Part shown: piece by piece, positions 14,001-29,000 of the stretch
How positions within the stretch are numbered: position 1 is the stretch's first letter
How the letters are laid out: every line of letters starts with the position of its first letter
Assembly (NCBI GenBank): GCA_903813345.2
Contig: CAIIXF020000001.1
Location: 30,380,001 to 30,444,000 of the forward strand
DNA length: 64,000 nucleotides
Reading direction: 5' to 3'
Source of the DNA: Owenia fusiformis
Lineage: Eukaryota
Program-made: the position numbers and the translations under genes
The notes under the pieces: model-generated
The model's input: only the letters and a program-made list of their open reading frames with translations
The model's database searches: none
What the model was told of the DNA's origin: nothing

Positions 14001-17000
14001 ACTGAGCTCAACACTGTGGTTACCCTGCTATGCTTTAGCTTGCAGAGCTCCTTTCATTGCAATAGACTGTTTCCATATTGCTCTTGACTGGATAACACTG
14101 TTATGTATTTGCCCCTAAAATGCATTTATTTAGTAATAATATGGACAAATGTATAGAGTTACTTCATATGGAACGTGAGTTGTGCTGAGCTATACATTTT
14201 TGTGATAGCATTTACATAGACTGATGAGGTCACAAGGCCCTGATGAAATGACTTAAATTGGCCAATTTTGACATTTGGTTATCTTTTATGCCGTTTTATT
14301 TGCTTTTAGGTCATGTTAAATGTTCAACTAAATAAGATATGTTTGTTGTATAAATCGTTGTTGAAAGAAAACTTGTTCAAAAATAAAATGATAAAGTTGT
14401 GTGAAATAGAGTAGTTTGACTCAAGGGGTACATGTATATAAACACTTAAGTATACTGGAGTAATGTACTGCTAAATATGAAATATGTATGGGAATCAAAT
14501 TAAACATTTGTGCCATAGTTCACTAATGAGACGTCCATGATATGGCGAGGCGATTGATTCAAGAGATCAATCATAAAACAATTGCAGTTTTATCAACATC
14601 AATTGACACAGAGAAGATATGCAAATTTGACAAGGAAGGATCATACGGCAGACTTAAAAATCATTCATCTCTTGATAAAGGGAACTGCTTATTTGTGTCC
14701 ACTTTGCAGAATAAGTTAGCAGTAAGTAAGATGTATCCTCTTATATTTAGTGCTGTATTGTGCTCATATTGTGCTGATGGGTTGGGGTGTTGGTCAACTC
14801 CTTGATTAAGATTGTCCTGTGAAATTTAAAACACAGGATGGCTGGGAATTCAAAAATTTATGAGAAGTGTCTTCATGTAAGTCTTTTCTGAATATATTAT
14901 TATGTCACAACCAGAAGTGGTGACATATTGTTTTAGTCTCCAACTTTTTTTTATTTATGGTGTTCAGAAGTTGATGTTTGGCATCTGTAACAAATGGTAG
15001 GTGGTGACATTTGGTATGTTAATGCCTTGTTTACCTTTACAAATGTTCAATGAGACTTATTCATGCTTATTCAAGTGTTTAAGCAAGATTCTGAAGAGAT
15101 GCATTTATTTGTGCAAAACCAAGAACATTCAACTTATTTCAATTTCTTATTATATTCTGAGGAAGTTTCTGATTTTCATCTTTGGGATGAAGAAAGATGG
15201 CAGCTGTGTAGAATTATAATTTACTTGCATACATTCTTCATCACATCATCTTTAAAACCCTTGAGTAAATCACTTGAAATATTTTGTATAGAAGTTAGTT
15301 TTGAACCACTTCAACGGGCCTTTTGTTCACATACAATCCCTTTAAAACATTTATTAATAGGTTCTTTTTAACAAACTATGGCACCACATTAATCATCTTA
15401 ATGGCAAAAGGGTAATGAAATTTAAAGGCAACTATTACATTTAAAGCTAAGCTATTATGAGGCCTGCTTTGAACAAATTACAAATGCATTCCTTTTTATT
15501 TATTACACATTTATGTTTCTGGCTCCTTTCTTGTGTGATAAATAGCAATATTGAATAGGTTTTAAGTAACATAACTTATTGCAAACTTCATCATGTAATT
15601 TGTTACAGTTTCGTAATTTTAGAATTTTAATTTCCTCTATTTAAAAAATGTTATTTACCAATTTTATGCAAGTTAAGTTCAAGGATAATGACAAAGAAAG
15701 GTTGGCAGTAAAAAGAACATATTGCCACAAAGTATTGTGGTTTAAATGATGTGAGCGTGACAATTTTTTATGTGAAGGGTGTAGCACTTTATGCACCTTT
15801 AATGGATTAAGTCAAAGTATTGAGAGCTTATATTGAAAACTTTGATTTCATGTATGTTTGCTCTATTGGGTTCGACATACACATGCATATACAGGTTTTA
15901 GTAAAGGTAAAAAAGGACAGCCTTTGATATTTTTCATTCAATTTATGAATATAAACATCATCACTATTCAGTGTACAGTTTATAGTGTATACCATCAGTT
16001 CCGCTGTGTGATCCATGGAGGCAGGGAACCTTTGAGATGGTACACAGATAAGTACATGTGATATGAAGCAGTAGTTTACAGCTGGAGGCCAATGTTTTTT
16101 AACATGAATATCCCATGATTAGGACAGGTCAAAGGTGATGGTAGTAGGCTACAATGCACTTGAATATTGTATTGACTTTAAGCATCAGTGGCATGGTTAT
16201 ATAACAGCTTTATACAAGTCGGGATATATGCCATACAATCATACAATTCAACAATCACACAGTGTACAGTTAAAGTTAAGAGATCCATCCGCAAAACATT
16301 AACATTAATACCTGTATATAGGATATTTAACTGATCGCCACTAAGTAATGCAGGATAGGCAAGATGTATAGATTCAACAGGGAGAAAGTACAACTACCTT
16401 ACAAACGTTTGTTTGTTAAAGCAAGCTATGAAGATGATGAACTTTTCACTAAAAGATGGAAACCATCAGAAAAGGTAAAGTTTTCATGCTCCATTTTCTC
16501 AAAAATTCTAAATTTTTCTGCTCAGTCACCACCTGCATTGATTTTGAAATGTTGTATCTTAACATGAGCTCGGTATTTTTGATAAAACAACTCAGGTGTG
16601 GGCGGGTTCATAATCTCTACTTCACCATATATAGATAGTGGTAGAAGCTGTATGCACATTTTGAACTTTATATTTGCTTTCCTGTTGAATTGATATTATC
16701 AAAATAGATTTCCATAAGTGATAAAATAACATAGTTGAGATTAGGGAAGTTACCTAGGATTGGTCATATATTTGCTGAAATGTCCTGTTACATTGACATT
16801 TTTTGCTATTTAAGTTGCACTTGTATACATTGGACATTTAAAAAATTAAATTATATATATGGAACATGTTTGAATTTTCTCCTTGGCTGAGCTTAATGAA
16901 AGCTACAGGAGCATAAATAAATAGGCCACTCAATTTGTATTAAAAGGTTTGAGTCGAGTTTAAGTCAAACACTTATTTATTATGAATTTTTATCATGGTA

Positions 17001-20000
17001 TCACAAATGACATTGCATAAAGCAGCGTTTTCAAGTTTTTGTAATGTGATGATTGTGGTTTCTGTTTTCTTAAGTATCTGTATGCATTAAGAAGTTACTT
17101 TTCTGGTTTACAATGTCTGTCTTGTTTTTCTTATTTTCACATCCAGTTCATAGCAGAACATATTAAAGATGCTTTGAGGCCAATTACAATTAACTGTTGA
17201 TACCTTATTAAAGCAAGGGGTTCGTATCAAGGAACCTGTGTAACCAAGGGCTGCTTTGCAAGGAACCTGTATATGTACATGTACTTTGTAGCTCAGTGAT
17301 AGAAAATGATGAAGTTTCACAAATAAACCTTATTAAACCAAGGGGTTCGTATCAATGAACCTGTGTAACCAAGGGGTGCTTAGCAAGGAACCTGTATATG
17401 TACTTTGTAGCTCAGTGATAGAAAATGATGAAGTTTCACAAATAAACCTTATTAAACCAAGGGGTTCGTATCAATGAACCTGTGTAACCAAGGAGTGCCT
17501 AGCAAGGAACCTGTATATGTACTTTGTAGCTCAGTGATAGAAAATGATGAAGTTTCACAAATAAATCTTATTAAACCAAGGGGTTCGTATCAATGAACCT
17601 GTGTAACCAAGGGGTGCTTAGCAAGGAACCTGTTATGTGCTTTTGTAGCTGAAAATTGATAGAAAATTAGCATCAAACTAAGGGAGAATATATGTTTTTG
17701 TTTTTACTGTCATATATTTTGTTGAACATGTTCAAGAACCACTGATTGGTGTTTCACCTTTTGTGGTGTATTTCCTTCAGAAAACAATTGTCTTCATTAC
17801 CTTATCAAGCATAGATACACTATACAATGTAGAGGTTGTTAACTCTACCAATACAAAGTACATAAAAGTTTGGGTTGTAGTTTCATGAAATTTCTTTGAT
17901 TTAAATTGATTCTGGGAATTGTAAGGTAAAATAGTCATGACTTACTGCTTAACCTTTACCATGCTGCCTTATTTCAGCAAATATATCCCACGCAACTGGC
18001 TTATTTTTCAAAGAGTGCAAAAAATGATATACCTGGACTAAATAATTAATATCTCAATAACTACTGAATGAATCTGGATAAAATTTTCACAAAGGGAAGA
18101 TACAGTGGCCTGGCTCATGAAAAAAATGTTCTCATGAATTTTTTCGTACATTAACACGACTGGGCATAAATATACCATGAATACTCCTCCGGAATCCGCC
18201 GCTCCGCCTCTTCGTCTGATCAGAATCCAAATCTGAATTTGCAGCGATCGAATGTTCAATTTTTCAATTCAGAAAATATTCTAGTTTCTATTTTCGATGA
18301 CCGTTATCGGCTTCCAAGAGCCTAAAGAGCTCGAAATCGTAATCCATTTCCTCCACATTTTCGTTATGATCGTATTTGTCCACCATTTTGTACGATTCGT
18401 TCACTAAAAACGACTAAAACACTGTTTAAATTGATGAATTGAGAATTATTTTTCGAAATATCGCCATTTCTAGGTCAACAGGAAGTCATGTTAGGCACTG
18501 AATAAATCGGGCAATCTAATTGGACGATACGAATGGCGCGAAAAAGTAAAGTTTTTAAAAGTTTGAAATCGGGCGTACGGGTCCGCCGGCAGTTGTGAGA
18601 GACATTTTAGTCTCGGCGGACGAGTCCGCCGGCAGCACGCTAAAGGTTAAAGAGAAGAATATGTTTGTCTGAAAGCACATTGCATGATAGAATTTCCTCA
18701 ACTTCAATGCAGTTGAAGTTGACCTTTTTATTTGCAAAAGCTAACACTTGCTGCGAACGTAACAATACACTTCTGTGATCACAAAACTGCAACAAGAAAT
18801 TCCAATATTTTATTTTCTCAAGTACCTTTTGTTAATCTTGTGGTGTTTAGAAAGTCCATTGAAGTGGATCATAAGCAGAATATTGGTTTAACTGTAAGCT
18901 TGTAACATACTGGATTAGATAAGTTAATGTTGGTAAACATTATTCATGCTTTTGCTTTGGATTAATTTTATATATTAAAATCATATAAAAATGCATGAGT
19001 TGATTTTTTAAACTGAAGCTTAAAGTAGGCGCCATTAACCTCCATCGCATTTATTCATTCATGCATGTGAAGCCATTAGGGCCCTACATGTATAAATTTT
19101 GATGATGATTTCATTTTTTTGTCTAAGATAAACCTATTTGCTGAACTATGATCGGAATTCCAATTGGATTTTCTATACAAAGCAGTGGAACCTTTTGAAA
19201 TAATTCCAAAATGACAGTACGTAGTTCTAAATAGTGGTGACTTATTTGTTAACATAATTTCAAATGATAATTATTGTCTAACAGTGACATCTTGGTAAAT
19301 TCTATATTAAGGGTGCATTTTTTATTGAAATCTGTAGTTATCCAGGACTTAATTAATACATTCTTATTTTCAGAAATTCAAAAATATAAGTGTAAATCAA
19401 ATATTTGCTAAAATAGCGAAGAATATCTGCCCATTGTGCCAAGCCTTATCTTCTTGTTCTATGTAAAGCTGAACTTCTATTTTATTGGTCTGTGACTTAC
19501 ACCAATCATTTCTGAATATGGAATAGCAAGATAACTTTCAGATTTGTTTAACTTAACTCTGATTCTGATCAGCTCACATCTGATCTAGAACCCATTTAAT
19601 AGTACATGTATTCTCAACAATAGCGTTTTCATGCCCACCCATCTGGATCATGAATGAAATTGCTTTTTGCTTAAATGTGCATATTTATTTCTAAAGACAT
19701 ACCAACTCTGAATATCTCCTTCAAATTCTGAAGCCTTTTTAGCTACATCACATTACAAAAGAAAAGAAAAATGTAAAAGGTTTAAAATATTATATTATAT
19801 TTATAACATTTTCGACTTGAACCAATGGAACCTTTTTAGGTTATGAAAAGATGTCACTTTGTGGGCTAATACCTCATGTTTCATTGGTATTTGTACTTTA
19901 AAAGACAATGCAACTTTCTATGTTTGACTTTCAAGGTGGTTATCACTGGCGGATTAGGGGGGGGGGGGCCTGGGGGCCCGGCCCCCCGCCCCTTGGGTGG

Positions 20001-23000
20001 GCCCAGAAAAAAAAAAGGCCTTCATGCCCCAAAAAGTAGGCCTTTTTGGTCATTACTGGGCCTTTTAAGGCCTTATTTTTTAATTTCAGGCCAAATTTTG
20101 AAAAAAATAGGCCTCAAAATTTCAAAATTTGGGCCCACTTTTGGGTTTTAGGGGCCCAAAATTTTTTTTCGCGCAAGTGCGGACGTTTTTTTTCTCTGAC
20201 CTAAAATTTGGGCCCCCCCTTGTTGGTTCCCAGATCCGCCCCTGGTTATGAAGTTGGAGCAACTCAAACCTTGTGAATCAAGATGGAAATTTTCAGAAGT
20301 CTTAGTCTTGTCGAATGATATTATTATGTTGTTTATTGGATGAATAGATGTCACTTATGCAAAGTGCGTTTATACATTATCATACCACAGTTTATTTATT
20401 TGATATATTGCTCATCAATATGGTTATGTTAGATTTTAAAAAATGTATTTATAATTGAATGGTTGGCAGTGAAACTTTCAATACACTCTTGCTATAAATA
20501 TAATTGCTTAAATGGAATTGAATGGCATTTAAACTGTTAAAATAACACTTTAATTTCAATAAATGCCAAGTTAAATAAGAATGTTTCTTAGTTGCATTAA
20601 TAGATGTCAGTCTGTTATATAATTGGGTCTCTATGAATGTGGACAGTTTTTAATATGACATAAGTTCCCAAAGTATATAATATCTTTGTTTGGAACAGTT
20701 GCTGTTAATTTCTCTTAATTAAGTTAACATTATACTAGGTTAGAAAAAATAGTTTGGACATCTGGGTTCTACTTTTCATTGATTTTATTGTCTCAGGAAT
20801 GAACATTTTAATGGATTAAACAGAAATAATTATTCCAAAGTTGTATAACAGCTTGTATAGGGACAACAGATTTATAGAAACTAATCAAGTCTTGAAAATG
20901 AAAGTACATGTACGGTTAACGGTTATATTGAATCTGAAGTTCTTTAATGATTGGGTGTCAAGTCTTGAGCTGCTAAACATCATGAGTTCAAAATACACGC
21001 TCCTTTTTGGTGGGAAAAAAGGACACTGGCATGCAAACCATTTAATAATTTATCAACTAGTTGTATTCAAAGGTCTCATGGATCAATAAAGGATTTGATC
21101 AATTTTTATGGTGTGTGTGTATATTTTAACTTCACTATTGACTTGCGTTTATTCTTGGTTAGAGGAAATGTATAGTAGGACATGTTACGAATAAAGCCAA
21201 GGCATGATATGGTCTGAATGTACACTATACCTATTCATAGTCACAATGCAAAAAACAGCAAAATAAGCATTAAGTGTATATAAATGATTTATTTTTATTG
21301 ATACAGTGACTGAAAAGTATCCGAGCATTGAGAGGGCGGCTAAAGAGGTTGAAAGGTAAATTTAAGGACATTCTCAAAAAGTTGCCTGTAATAGGACGAT
21401 TAAATGCCAGTGTGACGCTTCCTGTATTCAATGGTTTTAAAAGTTACCCAAGTAGAACACAGATGTAGGTTACCTATACATAGGGTTAGGGAATACCATT
21501 TACCATCATATTAACAGTTGAAAAGGTCGCAACAGAAGAATTCCCCAGAAAGGAGCTGGGTCAAATTTTAGACATTCATAAGTCAAATGATTTAGAAAGA
21601 AAGCTAATTGAATTGAAGATAATCATTGCTGAGTTTATCTATTTTATCAGCTCATTCAGTGGACTCTTTAGTTGTACTCAGTCTGACACAATTGCAGATT
21701 AATATGTACAACTTATCAAGTGTCTGAACAAACATTTACATTGGCGTTTGAACTGTAACCCCAAGAGACTTGAATATTTCACCAACACCCATCTGACAAG
21801 AGAGGACAAGCTTATGAGCAACATAAATAGCTGTGGAAAATTCACAAGATCAAACATTAGTGAACTATATTAAACCCTCTGTTTTCATTGCTTGTTCAAC
21901 AAACCAGAGCTATCTCACGTCATATGGATAGATAAACATAACATTTGGAATAGGATCACTGTAGTTGCTTGCTGGAGCTTGGGCTCGCTTGGTGATTTTG
22001 AGCTTGATGTTTGGCTATGTACGGACAAACTGGAGATTTGTATACCACACATCTGTTGAAATATAGTTTAGTTTGAAAGTCATATTTAAAGCAAGAATTG
22101 ACTCAACTAACACAAATAGAGCAAAATTTGCCTTAGAAAGACACATACTACTCAGCCTATTTGGCTTGAAAGGTACTAAAAAGAAGTTTCGGCTGACAAG
22201 CATAGAAAAAAGATTTTATCCAAGTCAGGTAATAATAGGATGAGAAGTTCATTCTAAAAATAGTATACCAAAGACACTTGGATCCCGGAAATACAACAGT
22301 TAAGTTTAGCCAGCTGGTAAATATATTCTGGATTCATTAGTGATCCAGTCATTCTCTCCAAGTAGATTTCTGGGGTCAGTTACCAGGGAAGAGAAAGTGG
22401 ACTTATTGCTGGAGGTCTATAGCAGCTGACCAGGAGTTAGCAGCATATAGCATTGCATTTATGAACAGATCAAGTTCCTTTATTGATTTGGTACAGAAGA
22501 GTTTGAAACAACATAAAATCAACTCCAAGTACTTATTACATCACTGAAGGATTGATTGCTAAGCTGGACTTTAGTTTTGGTATCAGTTTGGAGGAGAATG
22601 AAGCAGATAACTCAATAACTGACCACATGTACTTGAGGGTCCCTCTGATATGAACTAACAGAACTTGAACCTTTGGATAGATAGTTGTATTTACAAAACA
22701 TAGGGCATCTGGATCTGCACTTGATATATGATAGATAGAACTGCATATCAATTAAATAGAATTAATCAATAATTAGAAGCAATTAGGCTATTACACTGAA
22801 CTAAATACCTTTGGGACTATTTCATCGCTGTCAGATTTGCACATAGATCAATCACAGGAAATCTTAACATTTGGATAAAAAGATCTGGACCTGCCGGTTT
22901 AATAGAATATTCACCAGCAGGGTCATCAGTAAAAAAAATAAACGTTAATATATTCACATGTCCTGCAATAATGATATGTTAACTGGACAACTTGGCAAGG

Positions 23001-26000
23001 ATTTAATTTGACTGATGTACGTATATAACATCTGTGCCACAGGGATGTGCCTTTAGGATTGCATGTAGATATGTAAAATAAACTGGACATCACCTTTCAC
23101 TCTTCACATTTGGCCCGAGCTCATCAAAGGGGCAGAATTATAAATAGGAGAGTATTTGATTCTATAGAAAAGGTTAAAGGTTTATATTAGTTTATATCAA
23201 GGAGCCAGTCGTGACTTCCTTTCAGTTTTGAATATAAGGATAACATTTTAAGGATAATTTGAAATATATTATAAATCATAGCAAATGACTATATTCTACT
23301 TATATAACGGTGTTGGAATAATAACATGTGTATTTAACAACTATAGACCTGTATATACAAATGTATAGAGCTGTGTGATTTACTTTGAATGACTCACTTT
23401 CATTGCTGGAATCCCAGCATAAGAATATTAGTTCTAGAGATCAGCACTCCTACTTGGCATTTTGGCGGAGAAATACTCATAGAACTCTAAAAATCAGGTT
23501 ATGTATACACAAAACCAATAGACTTGACAGGATCTCTTGCTAGGGTAACAACTCTAAAGGATAGCAATAAAGTTTGTTATTAAATTCTTTGGAAACTTTC
23601 GAAGCTCGATTCATCTGTTGCATATGTTACTTAATATAACTTAGGAATTATAAAGTAAAGTGGATGTACTGTTGCAATATTACAACTCAGGTATAGAATG
23701 CTTTGGAGCCAGCTTGTCATATAGGATTGGACCTAAGTATATTGACTCTCACAAATTCGTCAACATCGAACGGTACTTGAGTGCTCTAGCTGATCGGAGG
23801 TCCTGAGAAATTTGATCAGAAATATGTTTGGATAAAGTATTCTTAAATATACTTACACAGTAGCCAGTTTACTAAAGGTCTAAATCATACATGTAACTTA
23901 CAATCAGGATTTGTGTAGAGTTTGCTTAACGTCCAATACAGGGTTGACCCCAATAGAAACATGCACAACATCAACCAAATAGGACCAATATATGAGGTAT
24001 GAATTAGGATATATTAGAAACCAAGCACGATGTTTAAGTGTGGATTATGTGGATGTGGGGGTAAGAAGAAAAAGCCAGATGAGGCGTATATGCCCACCCT
24101 TAGGACTGGGCATCTCTCGGTGCCTCCAAATGTACCAGATAAGGATAACTCACCTGTTGCTTATACTGTATCAGAAGTAGAGGATAAACCAAACAAAAAT
24201 GCCTCATATGGGCCCAGTGGTCAAATTACGCCAAATGCAATGGGCATGGTACCCCCGTCACCATTGATTGGGACATTAGAAAGGTTGAGGAAGCAAGGCC
24301 CAAACACTAGAAAGTTGAGTGGGCAGAATGGGAACGGATCACTCTCCCCACTCCAGCACTCACAACAGTTCTTGCTGAATAACCCGTCACCACAGACTGC
24401 CAGGCGTGGGAAGGTAGGCATTCTCAACAGGTCTATACAGGCTAGATGTTCAGTATGCTTAATTTTTATTATTCATACCAGAATCTGTTTTTTATTTTAA
24501 ATTCTGATTGGTTGGCTTTGTATAAAAAACCTATCTCATACCCACCTACCCACGTACGTTGGACATGATACAGTCTTTGAAGGTTTTTTTTATACAAAGC
24601 CTGATTTGTTGCTTGAAAGTGAAGTAAATATTTACATCCTTTTGGCTTTATATGAAACAATACTAATTTTACAAAATCTAGTTTGAATTTCCGCAAAAAA
24701 GCATTAACTTGTTTTGCATGGATGGTGCATGATTGTGTAGTGCATTGTGTTATCAGTGAACTGCACGCAATTACTCTCAGTGCTTGAGGCAGGAAGGTGC
24801 ACATAGTTGTGCCTCATCGCTATGCTGCATAATTTATATATATATTTTAATGCCAAGTTAGAATATATTAAATTATGCTAACTTTGACTTACATATAATT
24901 ACCTGTTCCCGAAAGTAAGGTTACATATTTGCAACCACATGGTAAAGGAGTTTCCAAATGCTCAACCCGCGCCATCAATAGAATTAAGTTATGACTTCGG
25001 ATAGGTTGAAACTTTAGAAAATTTATTCATTCTGAAAAATGTTGATGTTTTAAGTTCATAATTATGTCATAGCCTGCAGGTACATTTAGCTGTGTGTAAA
25101 CGAGCCATTCATCAAGGAAAATACCTGTTTCATGTTTTGCTCTGTGCTACACTTTGTAAAAATACTAGATTTATCATGGGTAAGATACTTGTAAATGAGG
25201 AATCAGTCAATTAGGATCAATCCTGGGCTCTCATTGATGATAACCTGAGAGTCTGAGAGTGCAGTTCTATTCTAATAACACAATATTGTGGCCAGAATTA
25301 AAACTCTTTTCTTGTGTGTAACAAGTCTATAACATTATAGCCATATACATTGTTTTATATTATATTGAATTCTGATGTCTGAAATAAACAGAAAAACACG
25401 AAACAGATGAATCCAGCTGTTATGACATAACAACAAAAATATTTCTTAATGTATCTAGAACTTTTGAGATCATAAACATAGTAATTATTCAGACAAGTAA
25501 CTTATTCCCCTTTCAAGTTTGTGGTTCTTCGTGCTATCTTTCCACCACCTACTACAGTTGTGTTGAAAGAAGAGATTTCTTTGTTTTGAAGTCAGTCATC
25601 TTGATCATCCATGTATTACATGACTGAAGGAGTATACTGGTTTAACAATATGGGGAGGTGTGGCATTAGGACCTGATACAAGTTGAGATTCAATCCACCA
25701 ACAGAAGACTCCTTACTATCTTTGCATAGCCATAACATGTTATAATCATTAGGAGCATTTGTGCATGGAGATATGAGGTGTTGGTAGTACTCATCCAGTC
25801 AGTTGGAAGTCATACTAAACTTATCTCAGATCCAACTCTACATGATACATGTGAAGTGTATCAGACCATACCCTGGGTGTCCATGGTGTTTGAAGTTTCA
25901 TCATGCTGCTCTTAGATTCCTATGTCATTATTTCTCTGCTAGAGATAAACTGCTGCAGGAAGATGCCACATTCTTGTTTAGATTCTGCAGCAATACACAT

Positions 26001-29000
26001 TTGATTTTGTAATTTGATGAGTTTATGATTAGTGATAATGGATTGCAATGTTTGATTTGTTTTCCTCGTTAGGCTCAGTTGTTATATCAACCTGCAACAC
26101 TGTGTAAAATACATCACTTATCATGGTAAGATGAAAAAGAGAAAAAATCAGTTATTTCTTCGATTTGTCATTCTCTTCAATATTTACCTTGGAGCGTCTC
26201 TAGTGTAGAAATTGATATGAGTTACCATTGGACAAAACGTAAAAGATTTATTCATTACCTACAGGTAGAGGAATACTTCTGAGTATGTGAATAACCTCAT
26301 CTTAAATTCGGTCATATTCGGTTTCCACCCACATTTCAGATTCCCAATCTGTACCTATTTGCAAGCGTTTTGTATTTGAATGTCTTGAATTAAATTCAAA
26401 TGTCTTATCGTGTCTATCATAATACATCGGATTACGATGAACTTTGGAAAAATAGTTTTCTTAGTGAATGTCATGACTTGATATGTTAGGTATTTTAACA
26501 GTAGGTTTCCCAAGCTTTTTGCTGAAATATCTGAATAGATATAAGATAGAACACTATGCTTGGAATGACCCTACATCAAACTAGCCAAAGTGTTCAATTA
26601 AAGGTCTCGATTTTATCTTAGGATCATAATTGCTAAGAGGGGTTCACTAAGGACCCTAAGGCAAACTAATATTAAGTCAATATATATATTTTATGGAATT
26701 TTTTACACTCTCCCCATGTTTGGAAAATGTTTTTTAATAATTTAATTTCATTATTGCTGTGTCCCCTCAACATAATATTTTGGTCCTAAAATGGTTTGGC
26801 AACTGTTTGCATAACAGTACTGATGCTATGCTAAGTTAATCAATGCTAATGCTTCCCATATTTTCAGTTCCTAACCTTGATTAAAATAGATGTGCAATAT
26901 GGTAATATAGAAGATACATCACACTCAGTAAATATCTGTCTGTACCACCACCTGTCTAGGAATACATTATGTACACTTATCCTACCAACCTGTACTAGTT
27001 CCCATATATATATTTTATGAGGATAAAAATGAAAAATTAAACAAATGGCAAATGGAAATGCCATTAGAAACTAAATTAAAGTTTTCATTGCTTATCTGCT
27101 TTATATAATTGAATATCATTGAGTAACATGCTATTAAACTGATCAGAATAAAATTATAGTAGACAGTAAAGTTTTGCAAACCTGTATATTCTACCCTATA
27201 TACATGTATGGTCATTGGGTTACATAGTTTAAAATCATTCTTTTCTGCACATTTCCTTAAAACAAGCGATCAACACTTTCCATTCTGATACTTCTATCAT
27301 CTGAATCTTTTTTTTTGCTGAGCAGGTTTCTGTTAAAAATGCCTTGGATGATGCCATCAGCATATTCTACATCAAATAAGAGTTTTGAAGCACTTGTCTG
27401 TATATAAGTCAGAAACATCATGATAACATTAGATATGTGATGTGCAAAAATGTTTAGGAATGTTATCTTTGTCTTGATAGACAAAGATAACTTCATGCAG
27501 TCATATGTCAGAATGATAAGAGTGAAATAAACCATATTTGGAAAAATGTCATTTATAAATAACTGGGTAAGATTGAATAAAGTAAGTGTACAGTAATAAA
27601 AGTTCCATGAATTTTACAGAGGGGTCTTCACTGTATAGGTCAGCTAATTTTTAATATGTAGTTTAATTTGGAAGTATATGTAGTATTCACTGCACTCTTT
27701 ATGTCCAGATATTATATGACAGCATAAGGTGTGTTAATTATGAACCAGTGTAGCCCTCAGGTATAATAAATACTTCCATCCAGGTGCTTCAAACTTAGTG
27801 ACTTAAAATGACTTTTGAATGGTACCAAGTGATCTTAACTTGATTAAATTATGATCTTATCTCTTTTAATACCTGTATACACTTTAAAAGTGTCAGCTTC
27901 CCCCAATAATTTAACTTTACTCTCCATTATTGCTAAAAATAGGCTTTAATTGATGTAAAATTGTGATTTTTGTAAAAATGATTAAAATGAGTGGTAAGTC
28001 TAATATAAAAAGCAAATGTTTTTAAGAGTGATAAATGTGGATTATAGAGAAACTTGTATCTGATTTTAAGAATCCAATTCAATGGAATTGAAGGAACGTG
28101 AAAGCTTATATACTCTTTCTTTATTTATAACAGACCTTCTCAATACAATGATCTGCTCTGTATGATGCTCTGTTGATTGAAATATGTCATTTCTCCTATG
28201 TTCAAAGAGAGGCCAAACATAGGGTCATTGAATGTTTGATTATTTTATTGAAAAAATCAAATGGAGAATTTAATTCAGTAACAGTGAATCATTGTAGCTG
28301 GTACCTGATCAAAACAAATATTTAAATAATGTTTCTACAACTATCATAATGAATGCCTTACCATAATGGATAGGCGGTCATTGTCCTATCTGTGGAAATA
28401 AAAACTGTGTTATAGAGTTAATCTACTAGGTCAGCTATCATCTTCCAGCCCATGTCAACAATGATATATTTATAAAAAATATTTCAAACCAACAAAATAT
28501 ATTTGTAGATTTTAGCTAGAATAATTGAATTTCCTGAGATAATTTCCAGAGTTTGTATATTCATTACACTCGGCTGAGTCAGACCGACCCTTAGACAAAA
28601 TATCCTGAATATTTAGATTACTTTACTCCTACTATACTTTATCAGCATTCGAACTTCTCATATTTTGAAAATAATTTTTTGTCAATGAATCAAATATTTT
28701 CCAGAATTGATAGTGTTAAAACAGTTTTTAAGTACAGTTATCTTTGAGATGGTACCAGGTGGGACATTTTAAACTCTACAATGTTTTTTTTATAGATATG
28801 AGTTAATGGTCCAAGTTGAAACTTTTCTTAAAATACATCAGAGATTTATAATTCTGTATCAGTGAAGGTATTCTCTTATCTAAGGTTAAGTCTTGCTAAA
28901 TCACAATTGAGATTAGCCAAGATATATTGAGGAACCCCAGTCTTTGAAGAGCTCTTATATCTTTGTTTGCTGACCAATTGATAGTAGTATACTTGATTAT

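Noticed and set aside
17203..17667. Possible CRISPR or RNA-gene array
   Set aside because: Plain 119-bp tandem repeat with no spacers and no recognisable RNA gene, in a eukaryotic intron
19876..20354. Gly/Pro-rich ORFs
   Set aside because: Arise from the GC-rich MITE at 19944-20244
21307..21355. Exon-like segment (cag|TGACTGAAAAG...GAAAG|gtaaat)
   Set aside because: 49 nt, and its phases do not fit the phase-0 neighbours; could be a non-coding exon but unsupported
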